A DNA stretch of 60,662 nucleotides, counting the filler, from Platydemus manokwari (taxonomy: Eukaryota): assembly GCA_037951405.1 (NCBI GenBank). It is 6 parts of 6 records of this genome, joined end to end, with 100 filler letters (N's around TTAATTAATTAA, not from the genome) between each part and the next. Parts side by side here need not be neighbours in the genome. Positions count along the whole stretch, not along the records: positions 51,774 to 60,662 come from JBBMOY011333984.1; 5 more parts are not named here. One strand, written 5' to 3'. This document shows positions 51,774 to 60,662 of this stretch, one piece after another (position 1 is the stretch's first letter; each line of letters opens with the position of its first letter). A model generated the notes under the pieces. The model worked only from the letters and a program-made list of their open reading frames with translations. It had not been told where the DNA came from and ran no database searches. The translations under genes were made by a program, and so were the position numbers.

Positions 51774-52461
51774 ATTATGTCATTCCAACCAAACAGAATA
51801 AAAATTAAGGCTTGTTCACAACAAATCTTCCCTACCAACATATTTGTATCATAACGCTCATTTCATACCAGTACACCTGATATTCTCAATATATTACTGT
51901 TTAGTCCAATGTTTGGAGCATTCAAATATATTTCTTCTAATTAATATCAGATTTGTTTTAATTTTCAAATTTAACCAATACCGCAATTATTGAAACTCAA
52001 AATGTTAAAATCTTTTTAATCAATGTAGCAAATCTGCTGTTCATTCGCAGCTGTTTTGGATCTATTTCATATTCCACACCTGTTATGAACCAATTTTGTG
52101 AGGTATTGTAATAGATAATGATCCAACAAAGCATATTAACATTACTTAATTCTTTAAACTATAACGGATCTATGTTTATATTCTTAAAAATTATCGAACA
52201 TTTGGAAAAGAACAATAAAAGTAATATCTCCATATACCTCATTCTTATTGCAGAATTTTTTTAACTTTGATGTGGATATTGTATTTCATTCATATAAAAT
52301 ACGCTGTTGTAAGCTTAAAATAAAGATATCGCCCCACATGTATACACTATCATGTCTGAGCGCATCTCTTTAAAGAACCAACGATAAAAAATCTCTATGA
52401 AAGTTACCAAAAGAAAATTTTAACAGGAACTCAACTAGTTATTCTTCTTCTAAATTGCTTT

Positions 52462-52673
52462 GTGTTTTTCAGAAACCCAGAACAATAAATGATTTCAAAG
52501 ATTACATTCATCTCGCATTCACAGAAATCGATAAAGATCGGAATTTGTGCTGTACTGTGTGTTAGAATGTCCTGGAGAGATTTGAAGTATTATGCTAATT
52601 TTGAAGGAGAATATTTTGATCATCTGAGAGATAATCTACGTGATAACTGTAAACCTACTTTTGGCACATCCTG
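52462..52673 (+). mobile_element. 3' fragment of a Tc1/mariner (DD41D-like) element with right TIR
   Basis: KPRTINDFKDYIHLAFTEIDKDRNLCCTVC*NVLER / LKYYANFEGEYFDHLR (transposase C-terminus), then ACTTTTGGCACATCCTG|TA. Confidence 0.7.
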
Positions 52674-54829
52674 TATAATATTACATTGTTAACCACAATA
52701 TATAAATAGCAACAATCGATTTTCAATTTCAATAAAAATATCCCCATGGAAGGCCATGAAATACATCTCGTAAATAATTATTTGAAAGAAGTAAATAAAA
52801 TAATAATGTTACCAAATCAAAGGAATACATCTCTCCACTCCTAATCCGCTTATGAGTACTATTGATTCAAAAACATAAACAAGATTATTTCATCTTAATG
52901 ATAAAAATAATATATCATTTGATAATGTATGATGGCACTGTATTTGTCAAACTTTATTTGTGTCTGTCAACTGAGGGGTATTTTTTATGGTTGAATTATT
53001 TCAGCACACAATTTTTCTTGTATATATTTGTACTTGTATGCCACAAATATTGGTTTTAGCTATTTGATTTTAATGGAAATTCTCACAGACATTTTCAAAT
53101 GACTTAAAATTGTCGATATCATTGAATTAAAATCGATGTTGAATTCGACTTGATTAAAACAAATGTGAAAATTAATATGAAATCGCTCCGAAATATATTT
53201 TTTTGAACTATTTTTACGTTCTCGATGAATTAGTTTGATTAAAAAAAGTATTTCTCTCGAAAACGTTTTGATTGTCCTACATCAAAGTCCGTTTCAAGTC
53301 CAACGAATCTATTCCCCAGTCAATTTGGAATTTCAACAAATATCATTCAATAAACTCTAAAAAGAGAGAATAAACAATTAAAATCCGATTCTATTTCACA
53401 GAGATTTATAATGTCATGATGTCAATATTTAACGAAGTATAACAGCTGGAAACGTAAATCTTTTTCGTTGAATAATAATTTACATGGTCTATTTAATTTC
53501 AGATGACTTTTTTTATTATTTAGTCTCTGGCTGCTAATACATAATTGACAAGTCAGCTATTCCGTTGTCAACGCCCTGACTGGATTTACAAAATGTCATT
53601 ATATATGTCATAAAATTGTGTGATAGAAAAATATTCATTGGTTATTTCTGCAAAGGAATCGTCGGTTAAAGTAATAGATCTGGATCCTAAATCGTTAATC
53701 TTACCAATTGATTTTTCCTCAATAAATCAGGAAATAGTTTCGACTTTGCATTTTCTAAAGTGATTTTTGTAAAAAAAAACCAATATTTTTTTATCATTTG
53801 CACAAATCAAACACCAGATTATTGATTTATGATCGAAAACGTTTAAAAATTATTTATACAATGCAGTTTATGTTTTCTTAATTGTGATCAAGTTTTGTTT
53901 GATCAAATCATTCATTGCTGAAATCTGGTAAATAATTTGTCTAAATATTTAACTGCTATCAATAACGAAATAACGAAATCAATTAATTCACATTTCATTT
54001 CAACGAATTATAATTTCAAATTATTAAAATATAGATATAAATATAAATGGAATTTAGATAGTTCTTTGGACACTTTGATTGATGATTTATAATAGAATAA
54101 TGGGAAATTTTCAAAATGGTAATAAATTTCCAGATTATATTAGCAGTGAAGCTTAAAAATTAAAATGAAAATCGTATTTTTCAATATTTTTAATGATTAG
54201 TAATTCCATTGAATTGGATTTCATCGCTGTGTGATAATTGCCAAATCTTGTGGAAAAGGAAATCTTGGAAATTTTGTATTGCTTTCAAAAGTATAATTGG
54301 TTTTTCGATTTAAAAATCCAACCCTGAATTTCAAAGTTTTCTAGCCAATGTCGTGAAAAACCTATTTTCCAATGGCATAAGACCATCTTTGTTTCAAGAT
54401 AATTTTATGAAAGAAAATTTTTCAACCGATTTGAGATTATTTATTAAATCTAGATCGATCGATACTTGTATGTGTGTGTGGGCATGAATATTTGTATTAA
54501 GGATAAGTAAGGGTGGTTATTGTTTCTTGTCTGGTTCTTCTCTATTCAATAATAATTATTCTAAATCGTTTTACTTAACACATTTTATTCAAACTGCCGT
54601 TTTAAAGAATATAAATTTAAATTCCAGATAGAGATATTTTATGGTATTTCTTCATTAATTATTATTTTTTTATTTTTGTGGTTTGACAGCTTTTAAATTT
54701 TTATCTGAATGAGTCTCTTATATTTTAATTCGTAACACTATCAATCTCTATGTGTGTTCCACTAAACCACAGACACTGTTATAATTATGCTCATCTTTGG
54801 CCTCGACATATTATTATTATTATTGTAAA

Positions 54830-55135
54830 CCGATACTTTTTTATAAAACACGCATTGGAAACGAACTGTCTGTATATAATCGTTGATTTCTTTATATTCT
54901 TAATTGACATTGCAAAGAATACTCTACATATTTTTCTACATAAAAATCTCCAATTCCTCTATCTTTTTAAATCTTCTCTAAATCTTCTTTATATCGTCTT
55001 TAAATTCGCTATTCATTAATCATTTTAGAATCGAATCCAAATGCGTGATTACCATGCAAGCCGCTACTATTTTATAAAACACACACGGAAAACGAACTGA
55101 AAAGACACGACACCAGTTTGTGAATTTAAATATTA
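54830..55135. repeat. Unclassified interspersed repeat, same family as 45730-46187
   Basis: Colinear similarity over about 230 bp with 45887-46187. Confidence 0.8.
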
Positions 55136-55804
55136 TTATATAACACATCAATATGATTTTTGTTAAAATTAAATATCGAAAAATCTAATTCAATTTAATA
55201 TTCTCAAAATTATATTTTATTTTGTCTTTTTTTCCTTCACATTAGTGGTTTCTTGTGGAATGAGCCATTTGTATTACCAGTTTAATTTTAATAGCCCTTG
55301 GTTATCTGTTGAATCCAATCGAATATTTTGTTTTATTTTAATCAGAGATGATTTTTCTTCCTTCGATATTCATTTAAGAATTTTTAATTCTGCTTAATGA
55401 TTGGTAAGGATTTTTTTACATTAAAAATTTGATGAGATTTTATTTTGATAGTATTTTAATGAATTTCTTTCTTTTTCATCTCTGGAAATTGGTCACAATT
55501 AAAAAAATAAGAACGAAAATAGAAATTCATTTTAGTGACATAAAACGATTTTATTATCATTTCTACTCTGGATAAAATATGAAGAGCCCACGAATTAAAA
55601 AATAGTATATGCATTAAGTTCATAGAAATTCTAATGGAAGTCCTGGATTATTATTAGTAAATAGGACGGACATCAGTAATCTCTCTGTTTGCGTATGAAT
55701 TTCTAAATTATATTAATATTATCTCTATTAATTATCAAAATCGTTTGATAACCATGCATAGTAGCTTTTAAATGATGCAAAATATTTCAAATTGGTTTTG
55801 TGTA

Positions 55805-56943
55805 CAAGGTGTCCAAAAAGTTTCGCCCCATTTTATAAGATAAACAAATGTAAATTTTCAACGAAATTTATTGTACGGTGAATGAGAACTACGAGCACAA
55901 TTATAACTATGAATGAGCCAAAGATGCAACAGTGATCAATACGAAAGAAACAAGAATACAATAATGATCAATGCAAACGGAATTGTTCTAATTGTTCTCC
56001 GTTGTGTTTGATACAAGAAACCAATCGTGATGCAACACTGTGAAAAACCCTTTGGCACAATTCCATATCTATTGTGGCAATTATTTCTGTAATAACTTGG
56101 CCAATGTCAGGAATGGTTTTGTGGTTTCTCTTTGTACACTATGTCTTTAAGAACTCCTCATAAAAAGAAGTCAATCGTAGATATATTGGATGAACTTGCT
56201 GGCCATTCGATGGGCCCAAGACGGCCAATCCATCTACCATGCAAATTGATGTCGAGCCAGTTACTATCAAAGTGCGCATAGTAGGCTGGAGCCCCATCAT
56301 GTTGGAAGTGAATGTTCTTTGTTGCTGTACTCGTATATATATTTCGAGTTCACCGGATAAGCTTCAAACAGATTTTTGCGGACTGCTGATTAGAATACCA
56401 CATAACTGTTCTCCTGTACATCGATTACAGAGCCCGTTGTCCCAATTTACTAACGAGTGACTTGATATTCCAGCCTTGAACAGCATGAATGCTAAATTCT
56501 TCACTAAGTCGAGGGCTCTCTTCAATTGCATTTTTACCACATTGATAACCGCAATGTTTCTTTGATTTTGATCAACTTTAAAGGCCATATTCTAGGAATA
56601 AAAATGATTTTAACACACACTTGACCGACAAGCAGCAAGCAGATGAGGAGCGATGTTAGGCACTTTTTGAACAATCACGTTAGTAGTGCGTCAGTGATTT
56701 CTCGTAGTTCTTATTCACCATACAATAAAATTTATTTAAAACCTAATTCGTTTATCTTATAAAGTCTTATTCTATAAGTAGAATAATTTGAACCATTCCG
56801 TTAATATTTATCATTGTTGCATCTTTGGTTCATTCATAGTTATCATTGTGCTCGTAGTTCTCATTCAATATATACAATGCATTGCGTTGAAAACTTAAAT
56901 TTGTTTATCGTATAAAATCGGTCAAAACTTTTTGGACACCCTG
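55805..56943 (-). mobile_element. Non-autonomous DD41D (rosa/Visitor-type) Tc1/mariner transposon with both TIRs and TA target duplication
   Basis: ~137-bp TIRs (55805-55941, 56805-56943) are flanked by TA. The decayed transposase (56588-55968) reads FQHDGAP...GRWIGRLGPIEWPASSSNISTIDFFL*GVLKDIVY with exactly 41 residues between the two Asp, and ends CIKHNGEQLEQ. The first catalytic Asp region is deleted. Confidence 0.93.
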
Positions 56944-59900
56944 TATTTTCATTTATTTAATATGAATTTTAAAAAAACAAATTTAATTTCTAGACATCAT
57001 GTGTAATTAAATTAACAAATTCTAATTGATGGTAATTTTTTCTTTGTGTTTTATATGTGGAAATCGGTGATGACTTATCAATTTACTCGGGTATTTATTT
57101 CTAGTAAAAGTGTTGTTCTTTTCTCCAGGATTATTGGACTTTTAGGTTTGTATATTTTTGTATAATGCTTAAAGTATAGAATTTAACATTTTTTATTTTT
57201 GTTAATGATGTATGTGAATTATTGGGTTGGTTTATTTATTAATTTATTTTAGTTTTTATTTCATTTTTTCACGGTAATCTGATTTTGTTATTAAAATAAA
57301 AATATTTTGTAAATATTTGTATGAAGTTATAAAGAGCTAGTTTAAAATAAAAATATAAATAGTTAAATTATAGTTTAAACGATAAATAATATTTATAAGA
57401 TATTAAAGGGTCTGTTGACTGAATGATTGAGAATTTCAGTAATCAGTTCATTGATAAACAGGTTTCTTAATCCTCTCTTCGAATTAGGATTATACGACAT
57501 CGCAACTGCAATTACATGAAAAATACATTCTAAATTTGTAATAAATATTTATTTCAGTTAGTTATTGTAAATTACCTTAATCATAAACAATAGAAGTGAT
57601 GTCAGGAAACATTTACACTAGCAGGAATTTTTATTCATTTGATTGTATAACCCAGTTGTCAATTTTGTAATGTCTGGGATAATAACAATACACATGGTTT
57701 AATCCAAATGACACTCACTTTTCAATAAAAATTTTTAATTTATAAAAATATAATAAAATGAGTTAAATAGTTATGAATGAATGTATCAATTGAAAATTGG
57801 CGAACTAAATTCTCAAAACTTATTTATATTTTTTATTCGTTCTATTTTCTGAACGGTGCCAATAAAATTTATGATAACACATTACCGGTACTAGTGATAG
57901 CTTTCTCATTTAAATTTTGGAATTCGTTGGATTTAATCATGGGGAAGCTTTATAAAATACTGTAATTTTTAAAAATAAAATAAACATTTTAAAAAGAATT
58001 TAAATATTTTCAAAAGAGCTTCAATTATTGCCCATCTTAATCGGGAATATAAACATTAAAATATGTAAATAATCATGCTTAAATTATCCCAAGATTACGT
58101 CATTACATTTTCAAATAACTTGAATTGAAATTTATAAAAATTAAAATATTTCTTAAATAATTGATTTAAAATTTTTTTTTATTTTCCTCGCAACCAGAAT
58201 AAAAGAATAGAATGAATCTAACCTATGAAAGTGAACTAACAAACTCTTTCATATAGTGTAAACACCAGTTATAACAAATACAAGGTTACAATATTTGAGA
58301 TGATAATCGATGATGTGAACGGATGTATATATTAGCTGCAATCCATCAGTGAATGCTGTTAATCAAACACGTGTGAATCATCAAGATGACACAAATCATA
58401 GAAAAGAGATAAGGAATTTCTAATTGTTTCAACCTTATTATAATTGCACTCATTTACTCTATTGATATTCATGATTGGAATTTATTGATAATAGCGAGTT
58501 TACGATAAAATAGAAAGAAATCCCATGTCGACTAATGAGGAATAAAGTTGCGATTTCATCTGGATTATATGTAATCCCTAAAAGGATAAGTAACACTAAA
58601 TGACACTACGGTGCTGGGATAAATAGGGTGCATATGGTCTGAAATTGTTTATTGTACTTAACTAGATTATTTCTTTCAGACGTCTTTTTGTGTGTAAGCA
58701 GAAATTTGTTGCTTAGGAAATGTTGCTGTGATGAAATGCTGCAGTGAGACCCACCGTGTAAATGCTAGTTTTCACGTGAGCATGTTTTCATTTTATTACT
58801 TACTTTATCGATTAAAAACCTCTTTAATGTACTAGCTTTTTATGATATCCTTTCTAAATGCCTAACAGAAAGCTTTTTGTAAGTGCTTTTAAATTAATTA
58901 GCTCGTCTTATAGCAGTTGTTCAATGTGAAATTTTCCTCACCACTGAAAGGAACAATCACATTTCGCCATATTTTTCTTTTGATAGATTTTATTTATAGA
59001 GTTTCTTGCTCGAGATTGTGATCGATCACTCAAGTTTAGCACTAATGATGTTTATAATATAATTATAACACAAGCTCTATTGGTATTGGTAAATTTCTAT
59101 TGTCGCTCACAACCCAACAGGCATAAAAACCACTTTACCGTATAATATGAACAGCAACAATTGTAACAGCATCGATATTCAAATCTCTGACTAACAATAA
59201 TATCGCTTATTAATTACAAAAATATCTCGACGTCTTATCATTCGAAATCAAACATAATTATCTATTCGAGCAAGAATTTTCATTGATAAACTCAATAATA
59301 TTATACATGTGATTTACAACTGTGTCTTTATTTTTATTATATGTTCATAGAAAATGTCAATGGTGCTTCATTGCTTTTAGAAAAATTGCTCTTTATCGTT
59401 GTCAGAGAACACTGAATAATTAATTTCAATAAAGATTGGTTATTTTGGATAATTAAGGTCGATATTGATAAATATCTGCAGAATATTTAATCGATCAACA
59501 TTGTGCGAATATCATTGATGTCAAAAATAAATGATGTTGATTGTTGGAGGATGATTTGGATCAAGCGATTTATAAGCTAATTAATTAGAGAAATATATGT
59601 TTGAAATATTATTTATATCATAAGTATAATAACTTGCATTAAAACAAATTATTTTAAATAAAACCATAAATGGATTCCATAAGAAAAATATGTATATTTA
59701 TTTAATCTCAGCTACAAAAGCTGGTTAAGTAATCTTCTGTTATGTTCTGGTAATGGGGTATGTGCTTATTTGTGTTTCAATTTGATTATAAGATCTGACT
59801 CGAAAGATCTTGTTGCGTTTCGATTGTGTGCACAGGTGTAATAATAACAATAATAATATTTATTGATTATCAATAAACGAATAAAGCGAATTACACTGAA

Positions 59901-60591
59901 AATTGTATTAAATATCAATCTACATTTGAAATTCAATTGACAATGAAATTAAGACAACAATTAAATTGCTTATGAACAAAGAGCTGGAGAAGTCCTTAGT
60001 CACTTAACGAGAAAGACCGATCCACGATACGGTGGCTAACCGTGTAATGGATAAAACTTATACAGAAGGAAGGAAATGAAAACGAAGATAAATTAATTAA
60101 TATCGAATCGAATGACGCTATATGAAATGATAATTCAAACTATACTTGAGGCTGTGGTTCACTGGGTAGCGTGTGCTCTACTATTTTTGAATGAAATAAC
60201 TCTCGGTTTACAATTGCTGGCTGAATTGTGTCTCTAAAATAACTTCTGTCGATGTGCTTTTCTGTCTGACAATTATTTGCTCGATTTTTGTGCCAGTTTT
60301 GCTATCTGCGTGGACTATTTATACTATTCTGTGCTGTTAGTCAGCCTCTAATTCTATTACCTGCTATTTTTAGCTTTAATCTTTATTTTTGTATTTTTGT
60401 TCTATTTATGAAATTATTTAGATTTAGAATTTATGATTCATTCATGTGGTTTTTTGTGTATTTTTTAATTAACTCTTTGTTCGCCAGTATTGTCTCTATT
60501 TAGGGGTTAGTTCTGGGTTAGATCAGAGTTAGATCCCAACACTTTACATAATTGATTAAGTGGATAAAAATAAGCGTCAGAAGTTTATATC

Positions 60592-60662
<71 letters not shown>
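60592..60662. repeat. (AAT)n microsatellite at window end
   Basis: About 23 perfect AAT units. Confidence 0.95.

Noticed and set aside
60148-60222. tRNA/SINE-like head GGCTGTGGTTCACTGGGTAGCG
   Set aside because: It is A-box-like only, with no convincing B box or cloverleaf.

Overview
Very AT-rich eukaryotic DNA, most likely a planarian/flatworm. This is an inference from the 44-47 bp GT-AG introns, a 2DBD-type nuclear receptor and a Burro-like giant retroelement. The window is not one locus. It is six ~9-13 kb pieces joined by artificial 100-bp spacers (44 N + TTAATTAATTAA + 44 N), so adjacency across spacers means nothing. Three spliced host genes are recognisable, each lacking its 5' part: a 2DBD-NR-alpha-like nuclear receptor (- strand, 5 exons, 3588-12259), otoferlin (- strand, last 3 exons, 19221-20672) and RNA helicase A/DHX9 (+ strand, 5 exons, 23818-29067). 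The rest is transposon debris (Ty3/Gypsy fragments, a Chapaev3 relic, several DD41D Tc1/mariner derivatives, a foldback MITE) plus AAT microsatellites. The most unusual segment is 32643-42620, which holds the 3' half of a decayed Ty3/Gypsy element. Its integrase runs into a two-ectodomain, multi-transmembrane env-like polyprotein. After that comes a virus-like array of small accessory units, several with a TATA/Inr-like promoter, including a tandemly duplicated all-helical (possibly Bcl-2-like) ORF and a duplicated structured non-coding module with a compensatory base-pair change. All family assignments come from motif recognition by eye, not database searches.
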